A stretch of 64,000 nt of DNA from Chiloscyllium plagiosum (Eukaryota): assembly GCF_004010195.1 (NCBI RefSeq), contig NC_057749.1:18392488-18456487 (forward strand). The letters are read 5' to 3'. A program made the translations under genes and the position numbers. The notes below the pieces were generated by a model. That model was given only the letters and a program-made list of their open reading frames with translations. It did not search any database and was not told the origin of the DNA. Positions 38,116 through 51,851 of the stretch are shown here, piece by piece. How positions within the stretch are numbered: the first letter of the stretch is position 1; each line of letters starts with the position of its first letter.

Positions 38116-39794
38116 GAAACTTCGGAAGGCAATGGGGAAATGAGGAAGGGAGTGGTTCCAGCTGATTGGTGGCAGGGATTCCATTGGGTGAATGGGAACC
38201 TCTTTACAGTGCGTGAAGGTTTGATGAGGAGGATAATACTCTAATGTTGGAATAGGTACAAACTAAGCCTGATCTGTGTTTTTAAATGAAAGAGGAACTT
38301 GCATTGTATCTGTGCCTGGTTTGAATACTGTTCAACTTCATTGCACTTATTATTACAGACCTGATTTGTTTATGATAATGGATTGTTTCCCCATGAGGCC
38401 GCATAAAGAGTAGCGGCGGTTTGGGAGAGAGGTAATGGAGATTAATGAGTGGGCCAAGGCTGCAAGTGTGTTTTGATTTTCAGTGATAATTTCCATTTGC
38501 TTGCAGCATTTGGAATGCAGTGCTCTGATTGGCCAGACTGAGCAGGTTTAGACTTGTTCCAGGATTTCCCTGTAAGATGCCTTTAAATGGTAATAGACAT
38601 CAGCCAGGCCATCGATTCAGTGCTGTTTGAGTTACAGAGACTTTAGACAGCAGTGTCTGCTGAAACTGCGGCCTCTTTTCCCAGAACAGGGAAGCCAAAT
38701 GAGAGACCGGAGTTTTTAAATTGCTTTGAATTATAAGGGTTTGTTTTAAGATGTGTTGGGGGAAAAGATCTCTTCTCACTTATTGAGTTGGCTGTCTGGT
38801 ATCATTTTCAGTTATTACAAGAACAAAGCAAAGGTCTGAGTGTGAACTGTTTTTAAATAAAGCTGTGGGAACATGCGTTGTCCTTGCAGCAGTGGCATAT
38901 ACAGAATGCTTAAAGGGAAGTCTTTGAACAATGTTTGAATGCTTAAACAGGAAGCAGTTACAAAGGTCAGGTGAAGGGCAAGGGACTAGGACTAAACTCT
39001 TTTGGGAAGCTAGCATTGGTAGGATGGACCAAAGGGCCCTTCTGTCTCTGTAAACATTTCTATTTCTAGCCTGTGAAACAAGGCAAAAAGCAGAATGCTT
39101 CCCACTCGTTTCCTTGACATAGTGAGGAGAATGGCGGGGCTGAGATCCAGTGTTTTGAAGTGAATGGTGCTGATGCCTTGAGGGAGCACAGCAGGTTTCC
39201 TTTGCTGCTGCAGGTTTGTCAACTTGTGAAACCTCCCGTATGTAAGATATCCTTCAGCACCTGGAAGAGCATTCTCAAAATAGTGAGAAACGTGCATGCG
39301 TATCTCCTGCTCCTTGCACACACACGTTCACGTACCCAAACCCATACCAAAATGCACATTTACTCAAATCACAAAGAAACACATACACATTCTGACAATC
39401 CACCCATCTGTCTCTCGTTCACTCACTCACACTCTCTTGCAATCACTCTCAGCACCTGCTAAGCATACGCTCTCAAATCAACACCACAGCCTCCTAGCTA
39501 TACACCCACCTAGGCTCATGGATGTGGGGGTGCTCTCCAGCTTCACCACACTCCGTGGCTGTGAGAGGTACGGACAGAGATGTTACTGTGTGGAAAATCT
39601 GAGTTTCAGCCTTAGGAATGAAGGAGCTAAAGGGGTGGATATAATACTTTGTGCAGACAAATGCCGATTAATGGTATAGCATTCTCTGCATTGATCTCAC
39701 AGCATAATGTTGTCCACCAAAGAATGCTGTTTTCATGTGTGAGCATCCACCGTTAAGATGTGCACAGGGGACACATTGGCGAAGACTGCAGACT

Positions 39795-40065
39795 TATAGT
39801 AATGTCACTGGAAGCACATTAAACCTAATGCTCTGGGGCCATGGGTTCAAATCCCACCCTGGCACGTGGTGAGTTCCAATTCAGATCTCGCATTGAAAGT
39901 TGCTCTTCAGTAATGATGACCGTGAAAAGACCATCTATTGTGGGAAGCATCTACCTGGTTTATCAGCCTTCTTTAGAGAGGGAAATCTACCATCCTGACC
40001 TGATCTCATCTATTTGTGACTTCAGATCCACTGCAGTGTGGTTGACTCTTGGCTGTCCTCTGACT
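39795..40065 (+). mobile_element. tRNA-headed SINE, same family as 29640-29930
   Basis: B box gggttcaaatccc; shared body motifs. Confidence 0.6.
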
Positions 40066-42412
40066 AAGAATTTAGTTTTGGGGTATTTGATGGACTGGTC
40101 ATGCTTTAGACTCCAGTTCGTGATGCGCCTAAAAACTCTTGCTGTTGATGATTTACACTGATCCAGCCAGAAATGACAGCAAACCTCTGGATTCAATCGA
40201 TTTTCTTCTGATAACACTTATTGCAAAGAAGGACAGGGAATGTATTAGTTTCTGGTTATCTATAAAAAGTGAGAGGGCTCTAAACTTGGCTAAAGTTGCA
40301 CCTTGTCCACATGATAGATACTTTCTGGCTGTCTGGTTACAGTGCTGTGACTGGATAATGGAGCGGAATGCTGACTGAAACAGTTCTCAGCTAACCTCCT
40401 GGGCTTTCCAGAAATTGCTGTTAATTAAATGTGCAGTGAATTTCCACCCCTTGTTGGGCCTGCTGCTAAGTGGAAATTTGCCAAAGGGTGGGTGTGGGGA
40501 TTATGCCTAACTACATAGAGAATGGAGAGAGGTAAATGGCTGTACATGGGGGCTGAAGATTATTTCAGACTTGCCGAAGGCTTTGTAGGGGAAATTAAGT
40601 GACTAACACTGTAGGAATGGCAGAAAGAAGAGTATGGGGCAGGAGTATGGGCCCTCTTCGTTGATGTAAATCGAATAAAGGCTGTCTAACCTTTGAAGTG
40701 GGTGTAAACGTTGTTTTGTCTCCAGGGCATCGTCTCTAAGGGAGCCTGGCAGAAAGTGATGGGCGACCAAGTTGGAGGAAGTGACACGGTTGTAGCTGCC
40801 AGTGCCATTCAGACAGTGCAGATTGACTGCAGGTGGCACCGAACCTCACTTTGCTTCTCCACTGACCCAGAGGCTGCAGCAGCATTTGTTATCGGTCTTT
40901 GTTAAATTGGTGGACTGCACACAGGGCTGGTGTTGGCTTTGTCTACGTTGACTGTGCTCTCTGCAGAACATCCTGGCATGATGTTTTTCATCTTGTATCA
41001 TTTAAACTGTGAAAAACTGGAATTGGAGCATATCAAACCCAGTGCCTGACACTGACTGGAATTTTGCTTGCTGACAGCCTTGGGGCCATTAACTGAGATT
41101 GTTACTCAGGTGATTGTTACTCCCTCATCTCCATTAAAAGCTTGTACTGGAAGAGAACAGTTTTCAAACTCCTCCTCGTCTTTTCTTTTTGCCCTTCCAT
41201 TCTGCTGTAGTCTTCTAAAGGCTTCAATTGGAGTTGGTTTTCCAGGAAGTTGGGAGGGTATACTTAAATTCAATTTAAATTTCCACAAATTGTATCATTG
41301 AGCAGGGGGAACAAAACAGTAAATGCTTCATTAAAAACGGCAGCAAAAAGAATTGTTGACAGAACCCACGTTAAGATTGAAAACTACTGACCTCAGTGCA
41401 CCCATTGCTGCACTGTAATCAAATCTTCAGCGTGGAGAGGGAAGATACGTGTCAACTTGCAAGTTTAGTTTCCCCTGTGGGGAAGTGAAATAATGCACAG
41501 AAGTTGAATGGCAGGGAGCCTTGACAGCCAGTATTGGTGTTAGTAATATGAGCACTCATACTGAGATAAGATTACTGCATTCACAGCATCCTCCAAAAGG
41601 CACTCAGGCACTTGGAAATCTTTAGTCATCCACTTGACCCTGTGTTTTTCCAATTGCAATGTGTGATGCAAGTCCATGTGGTAATAGTAACCTGAAAAGC
41701 CCTGGAATGGTTCAGACCAAGTAGAGGCTTTTCGCAAGGATTTCATTAGTGCAATTTAGACGCGGTGAGGGTTTAAGCAGCTGGGTTTGCTTATGGCTGT
41801 CTGCAGTATTGAGGTTTTTTAAAACTGCTTCAATTATGAACTCCTGCTCTTTGGTCTGGGCCAGCTCTGCTGTAGTTGGGCTTTGTGTACCACTTTATCC
41901 TTTAGGTCTGGCCTCAGAAACTTCTAGTGTTTTAGTGGGAAAATTGTAAATAAAGTGCACAGCACCACCAGCGCCCATCCCTCCACTCCCATCCCAAATG
42001 GTTTAACACAGCACCATTAAGACTCTCCGGCAGTTTGCACTCTCAAGCCACACTCCTTCAAGCCTAATGTGAGCTACATTGTACTCTTTTAGCATGAGGA
42101 TCTGAATTGTGCAACATTGGAAATGAGAATTCTTCTAATGTGCCAGTCGTGGCTATCCACTTGCAGCCTTTTGACAGCATTCAGAAAAAAGCAATGCAGA
42201 CAAATCCCAGAGCACTCTCATCCCCTTCTACCAGTTTGTACAAATTATAGATTGTGTGTGCAGTATTAAGTACTAGACAAAATCATTGCCCATCATGTAC
42301 GCATCAGGAGCTAGAGGCATTATTCTGTTAGCTCCAAAGATCAAATCTGAGACTTGCTTATTCACCTCAAGCTCACTGTTCTGTGAGACAAATGGCTCAA
42401 CAACAAGTACGG

Positions 42413-42665
42413 TCCACACTGACCGCAGTAACAGCTCCCCTCCCGTCTGCACTGACCCCAGTAACAGCTCCCCTCTCATCTGCACTGACCCCAGTAACAG
42501 CTCCCCTCCCGTCTGCACTGACCCCAGTAACAGCTCCACTCCCGTTTGCTCTGACCCCAGTAACAGCTCCTCCCGTCTGCACTGACCCCAGTAACAGCTC
42601 CCCTTCCGTCTGCACTGACCCCAGTAACAGCTCCCCTCCCGTCTGCACTGACCCTGGTAACATCT
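42413..42665. repeat. 33-bp minisatellite, about 8 copies
   Basis: Unit ctgcactgaccccagtaacagctcccctcccgt read directly. Confidence 0.95.
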
Positions 42666-42717
42666 ATCCTTCACTGTGTACTGAACCCTTTACAGTCACA
42701 TTGACTTTTCACTGACT

Positions 42718-43027
42718 CCAGTGGTTAGCACTGCTGCCTCACAGCGCCAGAGACCCGGGTTCAATTCCCGACTCAGGCGACTGACTGTGTGGAGTTTTCA
42801 CATTCTCCCCGTGTCTGCGTGTGTTTCCTCCGGGTGCTCCGGTTTCCTCCCACAATCCAAAGATGTGCGGGTCAGGTGAATTGGCCATGCTAAATTGCCC
42901 ATAGTGTTAGGTTAAAGGGGTAAATGTAGGGGTATGGGTGGGTTGCGCTTTGGCGGGTCGGTGTGGACTTGTTGGGCCGAAGGGCCTGTTTCCACACTGT
43001 AAGTAATCTAATCTAATCTTATCTAAT
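42718..43027 (+). mobile_element. HE1-type V-SINE, well preserved
   Basis: cagtggttagcactgctgcctcacagcgccagagacccgggttcaattccc head, CpGs retained, (aatct)n tail. Confidence 0.93.
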
Positions 43028-43489
43028 TGTTCTGCTTCTGCAGTACTCTGAGTAACATCCACCACCTTCTCTGCAGTGCTCCCAGAAATAACGTCTGTCC
43101 TGCACTGATACCAGTAACAACCACACCGTTTTCTGTTGCCCTGTTTTGATCACCCTGTGAGGTTTTCCATATAATGAGTCTAAATTCCAGTACAAGTTGA
43201 TAATGTGGATTCCAAGGTTGAAGAATGCCATGAGTTTTAAATTTGTTTGACTTTTTTGGAGCTATAAACCAATTGTGAGTTGCTATCTCGTGGGTACCTC
43301 ATCATTTTTTTTATCCTCAGTGCAAGATTTGCATTGTTGTAATCCAGCACTGTGCCAATTATAATTTATCCTTGTGACTAATTGACTAAACCTCTTTCTA
43401 TTACGTTACAAACTGCCAGATAGCCAGCTGTCTTTCAGCAATCTGCTGTCTGGGCACCTACAGCACGCTGCAGTTGCCAAGTTGTTAAG

Positions 43490-44960
43490 TGGGGGGTATG
43501 TCCCCAGGGCCTGATCGAATCTATCCCAGGATACCGAGAGAAGGAAGGGAGGAGGTTGCTGGGACCTTAACAGAGATCTTTGTATCCTCTTTAGCCATAG
43601 GTCCCAGAAGACTGGAGAGTTACCAGTATTGTTCCTTTGTTTAAGAAGGGCAGCAGAATGATCCAGGAATGAATAAGGCAATGAGCCTTCCATCACTGGG
43701 AGAAAAATAATTGGACCAGCTTCTTAGCAACAGGATTTACTTGCATTTGGAAAAGAATGGATTCATTAGGATAGGCTTTGTGTGGAGGAGGTGTTGTCTC
43801 TCAAATTTGATTGAGGTTTTTGAGGAAGTGATGTAGACGATTGAGGGTAGAGAAATGGAAGTTTCCTAATGGATTTTACTAAAGAATTTGACAAGCTCCC
43901 TCAAAGTAGCCTGGTCCAGAAAATTATGTCACATACTATCCACAGTGAGTTGGTAAATTGGATACAAAATTGGGCTTTGTCGTAAAACACATGGGGTATT
44001 TGTGGAGGGGTGCTTTTCTGACTGGAAGTCTGTGACCAGTGGTGTTCCAAAAGGATCAGTTCTGGGAGCTTCATTATTTGTAATGTATTAAATTATGTGG
44101 ATGGTGAGGAAGGTCATCAAATGATATCATTCACTTAGAAAGTTTCGGGGGGGAAGTGCAAAGGGAGTTTCATCTGGGCTAGTGTGAGGTGATGCATTTT
44201 GGGAGATCAGATGCAAGAGGAAAGTATAAAGTAAATGGCAGGACCCTTAGGAGCATTGATATATAGGGGAATCTTAGGGTACAAGTCCATAGCTCCCAGA
44301 AAGTGACAATGCAAGTGGGTAAGCTGGTAAAGAAGGCGAACGACATGCTAGCCATCGTCAGTTGGGGCATTGAATATTAAAGTTGGCAAGTCAAGCTGCA
44401 GCTTATAAAAGTTTAGTTAGGCCACATTTGGAGTATTGTGCACAGTGCTGGTTACTACACTATAGGAAGGATGTGAAGGCTTTGAAGAGGGTCCAAGAGT
44501 TTTCACACAATGTTGCCTGGATTGGAGTTTATTATCTATAAGGAGAGGTTGGACAAACTTGGATTGTTTTCACTAAAGAGTCAGAGGCTGAGGGGCGACC
44601 TGATAGAAGTGTATGAAAGTATGAGAGGCATGAATAGGGTAGATAGTTAGAGTCTTTCTCCCCAGGGTGGCAATGTTAAATATTCACAGGCATAAGTTAA
44701 AGGTAAGAGGAGTGAAGTTGAAAGGAGATGTCCAAGACAGAGAGTGGTAGGTGACTGGAACATGCTGCCAAGGTATGTAGTAGAAGCAGATATGGGAGCA
44801 CTGTTTAAGAGGCGTTTAGACAGAAATGTGAACAGGTAGGGAACAGAGGGATATGGACCATGTGCAAGCAGGTGGGATTAGTTTAAAATGGTCTGATGGT
44901 TAGCACAGGCCCGGTGTGCTGAAGGACCTTTTCCTTTGCTGTGCTGTTCAATGTTCTAAC
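43490..44960 (+). mobile_element. Decayed CR1 ORF2 RT and 3' UTR
   Basis: agtggtgttccaaaaggatcagttctggg (SGVPKGSVLG); tail gctgtgctgttcaatgttcta as in 2576-3952. Confidence 0.85.
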
Positions 44961-45843
44961 CTTTAACTTCCTCAAGTGACAGTCTCACTCACGCTTGCTG
45001 AATCTGCTGTCTTGATTGCGTTGGTGTGCCTGACTACCTTTGATGAGTTGCTTCCCCTTTGTGGTCTTGATAGTTATCTCACTTCCAGTGAAGAGAGTCA
45101 GAGGTTTGAAGATAAGCCAGTGGCTGTTAGTGCTATGAGAAACAAATCTGTTTGTTTGAGAGATCAGGAGGACAGCACCTTGTCAGGATTGCAGCTTTGT
45201 TAACTTGATGTCATTTTCAAAAAAATGGATCATGTTGGTGTTCCTGCCTGACCAGAACGTGTTTGTGTGAATCCTGCATGTGTGTGATATTTGTAGTCTC
45301 CCCTTTCCCATCTTGTTAATCTCCAGCCCAACAAGCTCCAGTTCTGGTTCTCTTATGGATGCTGATCTCCTTCACCACACTGTCGGTGACCGTGCTTCAG
45401 TTATGCAGAGCTCTAGCTCTGGAATTCTCTTCTTAAACCTCTGAGCCTTTTCTCTCCTCCTCTGAGCCGACTTATTTGGAAGTTTTGGTGATCTAACCTA
45501 ATATCTCATAATGTGACTCTGCCAAATTTTATCTGATTTTGATTCTGTGAAATATTTTGAGATGTTTGACCATTTGTAGGTTCCAAATAAATCAAAGTTG
45601 TTATTGTCCCAATATACGAGTGACTAATTTGTGATAATTAGGGGATCAAGAATTGAGGCTGTCTGAAGTGCATTTCATGTCTATGTTTGACATATATTGG
45701 GGAGAAGAAACTTCAACTGCATCTGGCTAAGCATGAGGTGTGCTTTTGACTGAAGTGTCCACATTTACAGTTTGATTGCCTCAGATATGTTCATGATGAT
45801 TTTGTCTCTTATGTTGGAGGTGTTTCTGAGGTGGGGGGGGAGG

Positions 45844-46088
45844 AGGGAGAGAGACTTGCTTTTGTGGCTATCATTAATTGCCTTTCAAAGTTTAAGCAAC
45901 ATCTTGCATTCTTATTGCACCTTTATTACAGGAAAACCACTCAAGGCGCTTCATGGGAACACAAGAAGGGAGAGAGACTTGCTTTTGTGGCTATCATTAA
46001 TTGCCTTTCAAATTTAAGCAACATCTTGCATTCTTATTGCACCTTTATTACAGGAAAACCACTCAAGGCGCTTCATGGGAACACAAGA
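45844..46088. repeat. Tandem duplication, 123 bp plus 122 bp
   Basis: 45844-45966 and 45967-46088 appear identical apart from a 1-nt indel (tcaaagttt / tcaaattt). Confidence 0.95.
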
Positions 46089-48581
46089 CAAAAATTTATA
46101 GTAAGCTGAAGGTAGAAATGCTAGATGAGGTGACTTCAAAAAGATGGGTATGGGTGAGTTAGAAGGGGTGGGGTGAGGGTGAATTCCAGAGGTTGTAACC
46201 TGGATAACTGAGGGTGTAGCTCCCAGTGGGGGTTTGCACAGGTAGGGAGCAGTTATGAAAAGTTCACTCAATTAGCTGTCCTCTTGAGAGATCTAGCATG
46301 ACCTGGTGGGCTAAAGCAGGTTTTGCATTTTATCACGGTGTTGTTTGCTCTGCAGGATTTCAGTGTGTGTGTTGTGCAAGGCCTAACACAGAATATATCA
46401 TTGTGTGTGTTTTGTTTCAGTATGCAATGTATTGGGCTGGAATAACTAAGTGCGTTCCTTGTACAGTACAGAATGTACTCCCCCAAGGACTGAATGCCTG
46501 TGCACTTCACTAAGTAGATATTGGCACCATACTAATTCTAAACGCGAACCTGCTCTGGATCACTGTTCTCACGCATTCCCTCAGGGTAGTTGGTGAAAGA
46601 GTCTGTAGGCAGCAATGCCAGCCACAAGATGTATTGATCAATTCACATTGAGATAGATCTCTCAATTTTGGAAAGATGCAAAACCTTAGGAAGCACGAGC
46701 TTTTGATTTCTGTCTCATGAAAACCTCCACACCAGGAGCTGTTTGCTTTTCACTTTGGTTTTCCTCCAGGAGCAGTGAAAGTGGTTTTAGAGAAGATGCC
46801 AATTGTGGATAGAAAACGGCCAGCTCACTGTGTCCAGCATGCATTAATCTGGTCACCTGGTTCTCAGCTCAGCTTGCTGGCCCCAACTCAGCTGAATTAT
46901 TTAGAAAAACAAAATTAAGGATCAAATCAGGACACGAGAGGTAAAACGAAGCTGCCTGCTGTTAGTCCATTCTGTCAACAATGTTGTAAAGAAAGGCTGT
47001 GTGGTGAGGCACTGAGCTCCTTCAAATGGCCATGGTTCTGTATGGTCTGTGATGAGTCATCTCACGGCTGGTAATGAACTCTTTGCCAGTCACTCTGAAG
47101 ACACAAACAAAAACAAGTTGCTGGAAAAGCTCAGCAGGTCTGGCAATATCTGTGCAGAGAAATCAGAGTTAATGTTTCGAGTCCAATGGCGCTTTCTCAG
47201 AACTGAGGAAGGAATTTTCATTGCTGAGATGAACAAGTGAGCCTTCATTGAGATATATTTTGGCTCGGAGGACCGATTACCTGATTGTGGAGCAGGGAAA
47301 ATTCGAATCTACCCCCAGCCATCGCTTCCCTTACTCCTTCCCCCTTCTCCCCACACAAGCTTGGCCTCCTCCTTTCTGGCCCTTTCATTATTGCTGAGTC
47401 AAAATCCTCCCTTCCTAACAACACTGTGGGTGACCCAGTAATCTAAGGAAGGGCTGCAGTGGTTCATGAAGACAGCTGACCACTATTTTCTCCAGGGTCA
47501 TTATGGATGGACAATGGACACTAGCTGAGCCGTTGATACCTGCATGAGTGAATGTTCTTTTAAAAACCCTCTGTTGTCTTGACACCTTTTCTCTTAGGGT
47601 TACTTTTAATCAATGTTCAGACATGTTTTGACGCACTGGAGAGACTTGAATCCAGACCTTCTGGCTCAGAGGCAAGGACACTACCCCCTGTCACAAGAGC
47701 ACCCCTGCTTTCTTAATTATTGCCCCTTGAGGGGCATTAACTGCAACAACAGGAGTGGGATTTCTAGCTCTGATTGTTTTGCTTTATTAGCACAGACTGG
47801 GGTTCAAATCTTGAGAAGTTTCTGGCCTTTTGGTCTTCACTGGATAAATTTGAGTTAAAAATGTGGTTGACCTGTAACTGCCTTCTGGGCAATTAGGGAT
47901 AGGTAATAAATACTGGCCCTGTCGGTGACTCCCTCAACCTATGAATGAATTAAATAAAGGTAAATCTGCTGCATTATTTTTATTTGCCATCATAATTCAG
48001 GCAGAATGGAAATAACCAGACTTTGCAATCTACAAAAGGCTTAGAAGGCATAGTCCAGGGAATTAGAACTGAAGGGTTGGCCATGCATTAGAAGAATGTA
48101 ACAGTCTCAGTTGTATTGATTTAATGAGGGTAGTTGGACCAGACACAATATTAATACATTGAAGCTGATTTGGAAACTCTTATTCTGTTGATGGGAGGAA
48201 AGGCCATAACAGCAGAGGTTGGAAACTTCCATAAAATGAAAGTATTGTTGGAGTTTTGAGCACTGCCAATGTTCCCTTAAACAGATACTTCCTTCTACTG
48301 CTTCCCAGGAATGTAGGAGGACCAAGCCCATTCAGTCCAACCACTGTGTGCTGGTATTTGTTGCCTTAAGCCTCCTGTTGTTTTTGGAACACACAAATTA
48401 GGAGCACGAGAAGGTCATTTCGCCCGTCAAGTCTGCTCCACCATTTGATAAGGCCATTACTAATCTGATTATGGCCTCAATTCCATTTTCCAGCCTGCCC
48501 CAGATCGCTTTGATTCATAAGTTTGGAATAAGGCCTTGGTTCACATCTTCCGCAGTGGACGGGGACTCTATATGGAAGTTA

Positions 48582-48903
48582 CGGGCGGCACTGTGGTTAG
48601 CATTGCTGCCTCACAGCGTAAGGGACCTGGGTTCAATTCCTGCCTCGAGCAACTGTCTGTGTGGAGTATATATTTTCCCCGTGTCCTCTGGGTTTCCTCC
48701 AGGTGCTCTGGTTTCCTCCCACAGTCCAAAGATGTCCTGGTTAGGTGAATTGGCCGTGCTAAATTGCCCGTAATGTTAGCTGCATTAGTCAGAGGTAAAT
48801 ATAGGGGAATGGGTTTGGGTGGGTTACTCTTCGGAGGGTCGGTGTGGATTTGTTGGGCCAAAGGGCCTGTTTCCACACCATAGGGGATCTAATCTAATCT
48901 AAT
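48582..48903 (+). mobile_element. HE1-type V-SINE
   Basis: Head with B box gggttcaattcc, V core, (atcta)n tail. Confidence 0.9.
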
Positions 48904-49814
48904 ACTTTTTATAGACTACAATTACAATGATTAAAAAACATTTGGATGGGTCACATGAATAGGAAGGTTTGGAGGGATATGGGCTAGGAACAGGCAGGTG
49001 GGGCTAGTTTAGTTTGGGCATGAACTGGTTGGATCGAAGGGTCTGTTTCCATGTTGTATGATTCTGTAACTTACCAATGGAATTGAAAGGCAATTATTGA
49101 CTGGTTTGATTAAGTGACCGGAGACAGTAGTGCTCGAATTGAGGAGGTGTGAAGCATAGAAACACAAAATAGGAACAGGAGGAGGTTATTCAGTCCGTCA
49201 AGCCCACTTTCCCTTTCAATATGATCATGTCCGATCATCTGTTATTGCCTAGGATGTGTCTCTTATGTTGCAGTGAGTTCCAGGGTAGCTGGGAGATTCG
49301 ATTTTATAGACATCCATGTTGAGCATGTCATCGGGAACAGTCGAGCTGAGTAATGTTTGTAGTATGTTCAACAACATCATGCATTTTTATTGCACCATAG
49401 GTAAACAACCCAGTGCACTTCACAGAAGCAACCCACGACAAAAATTGACACCATACCAAAGGAAGAGGTGACTTCAAAAAGACACATTTTGGGTGGCTTA
49501 TAAGGAGTAGGAGAAAGTACAGATGCTCAGGAGAGGAATTGCAGAGATGGTGGCTGAGAAAACTATCTTGTAAGGATCTCGTTTGGGATCTCAACTATTC
49601 ATTGTGTTCAGGCTTGGCAGCTAGTAATTGATGTAATAACAATGGAGTAGAAAATTCTAAATTTTCTTACGGTACGAAGCTCTAGGTGGCACTGTAAGCA
49701 GTATAAATGGAAACATAAAATTACAATAAAATATTGTTGGATTAGTAAATGGGCAATACTATGTCAGATGGTTTCAGATAGAGACAAATGTGGCGTTAGA
49801 CCATTTCACGTTTT

Positions 49815-50430
49815 CTGTTCAGTGGAATCAATGTTTTGGGCATAAGCCCTTCATCAGGAATGAGGCTTGTGGGCCGGGGCTGAGAAATAAATGGGAGGGG
49901 GGGTAGGATGGGGGGGGGAAGGTAGCTGAGAAAGCGATAGGCAGACGAAAGTGAGGGAGAAGCTGATAGGTCAGAGGGGGGAGTGAAGGACAGGTCCGGA
50001 AGGCGGTGCTGAGTTGGAGGCTTGGGAGTGGGATAATGTGGGGGGAGGGGAATTGAGGCAGCTGTTGAAATCCACATTTATCCCGTGTGGTTGCTGGGTC
50101 CCAGGGTGGAATATGAGGCGTTCTTCCTCCAGGCGTCGGGTGGTAATGGTTTGACGGTGCATGTCCTTGATGGAGTGGGAGGGGAAGTTGAAGTGTTCAG
50201 CCGTGGGGCGGTGGGATTGATTGGTGGGTGCGGGTGTCCCAGAGATGTTCTCTGAAACAATTCGCAAGAAGGTGTCCTGTCTCCCTGATGTAGAGGAGAC
50301 CACACCGGGTGTAACGGATACAGTAGACGACGTTGGTAGAGGTACAGGTAAATTTCTGATGGATGTAGAAGGATCCCTTGGGGCCTTGGACGGAGGTGAA
50401 GGGTGTGGTGTGGTGTGGGCACAACAGGTT
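49815..50430 (-). mobile_element. Penelope-like element 3' fragment (GIY-YIG region)
   Basis: Minus ORFs KFTCTSTNVVYCIRYTRCGLLYIRETG...FREHL and RRLEEERLIF; hammerhead relic at 49830-49857. Confidence 0.9.
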
Positions 50431-50439
50431 TTGCTACCC

Positions 50440-50725
50440 GGTAATGATCTACAACCTCTTCCATCAGGCAGAAGGTACAGAAGCCCAAAGACACACACCA
50501 GCAGGTTCAGGAACAGCTTCTTCCTAGCTGTTCTTAGATTGATGAATGGACTCTCCAGCCCCAAATAATGCTGGTCTTGCTAATGTTGATTGCAATATAA
50601 TCTGTGTTCCTCTGGCTAAATCTTTTTGACCTGTACATCCTCACTTACTGTGATCCGCCTTTACTGTCGTAAATAAAGCTTTTCATTGTACTTTGGTACA
50701 CGTGACAATGAATAAACCAATCAAT
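50440..50725 (+). mobile_element. Rex1/Babar-type LINE 3' end
   Basis: LQPLPSGRRYRSPKTHTSRFRNSFFLAVLRLMN followed by the UTR ...gtacacgtgacaatgaataaaccaatcaat. Confidence 0.75.
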
Positions 50726-50934
50726 GTGTTAAACAGCATTGTGGAACAAGGCATGTCACAGGTCTGGTATCTAGCAAAATACCAAGCCACAAAAGACCAA
50801 GAGCTGTTCGAAGACTTGGTCTTAAAAGAGGTGGTAGAGAACCCAAGTGGATGAAGGAGGCTACTGTAGAGTTTAGAGCCAGGTAGCTGAAAGGATGGCT
50901 TTAAGTGGTGATGCTTGAGAGAGACAGAATTAAA

Positions 50935-51851
50935 TTATATTGGGACCATCACTGCCCTCCTATTTTTTTTTAAGTTTTGATTTAGAACTGTGAGCTGAAG
51001 TTCAGAGTTGAACTTTAGACTTTGAGGAGCACTTTTTTTGTAAAAAAGAAAATGGAAGAACAAACGAACTGATATTTGTTCATGGAAACTGGCTTGGAAA
51101 GTTAATTGTAGGTTGATATTTGTTCTAACAATCCTGCAGACATTTTGGCACCTGAGATGCTCTCGGACTGGCAGCTGTTCGGGTGTTAAAAGGGGAAGTC
51201 AGAGAGGCCAGTGCCAGCCAGTCAACCAAAGGGAATGTTTGGGGAAAGAAAGGAATAGCAACCATGGATTGAACTGGGTTTCAGATAGCAGGCAGTGTGA
51301 CTGTGAAAGCTGCTGGATAGAGGTTTAGTTCTCTAGTTTATACCCAGCTATGATATTATCGCAAGCCTCTGAGAAAAGTCTGTAAGACGTAAATAAAACT
51401 CTCCGGTGGTCTGCAGAAGCTGTTGGCATTGACCAGTGACTTTGGAATTCGCGCAAGACGTACAGTTGGATACGTTGGGGGACAACTTGTTTTCCAAGGA
51501 TATCATAAAGGTTTAGCAACCACCATTCAAGACTGCTTTCAGTGACTGGCCCGTTGCAGTATTTTTATTTTTATTTTCATTTATCCCTTAATAGTGTCTG
51601 CCTGTCTGCATGAGAGCGGATAGTATGATCAAGGAAGATTGGGTTTAAATCGTAGACATTAATTAGATTGCCTTGTAACTTTAGCACTTAATTTCTGTTG
51701 AAGTTATAAACTTGGTGTCTGACATCTGTCATCATAAAGTCTGGTTATGAATAACTTTTGAGGGTCATTGAATATTTTCGTTTCACTGTGTTGAGATTTT
51801 CAGTGTTAGCGAGTCTGATTTGGTCGGGTTCGCGGTCCCTGTGTTGTAACA
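50935..51851. mobile_element. Possible old solo LTR inserted in a minus-strand L2 fragment
   Basis: Ends in tgtaaca; L2-like sequence (50730-50930, 51852-52240) resumes on both sides; left terminus and TSD are unclear. Confidence 0.4.

Noticed and set aside
42273..42715. Overlapping repetitive ORFs (VCTDPSNSSPP)n
   Set aside because: Products of the 33-bp minisatellite; no splice or homology support
42718..42790. tRNA gene
   Set aside because: The A/B boxes belong to SINE heads; no full cloverleaf or T-run terminator
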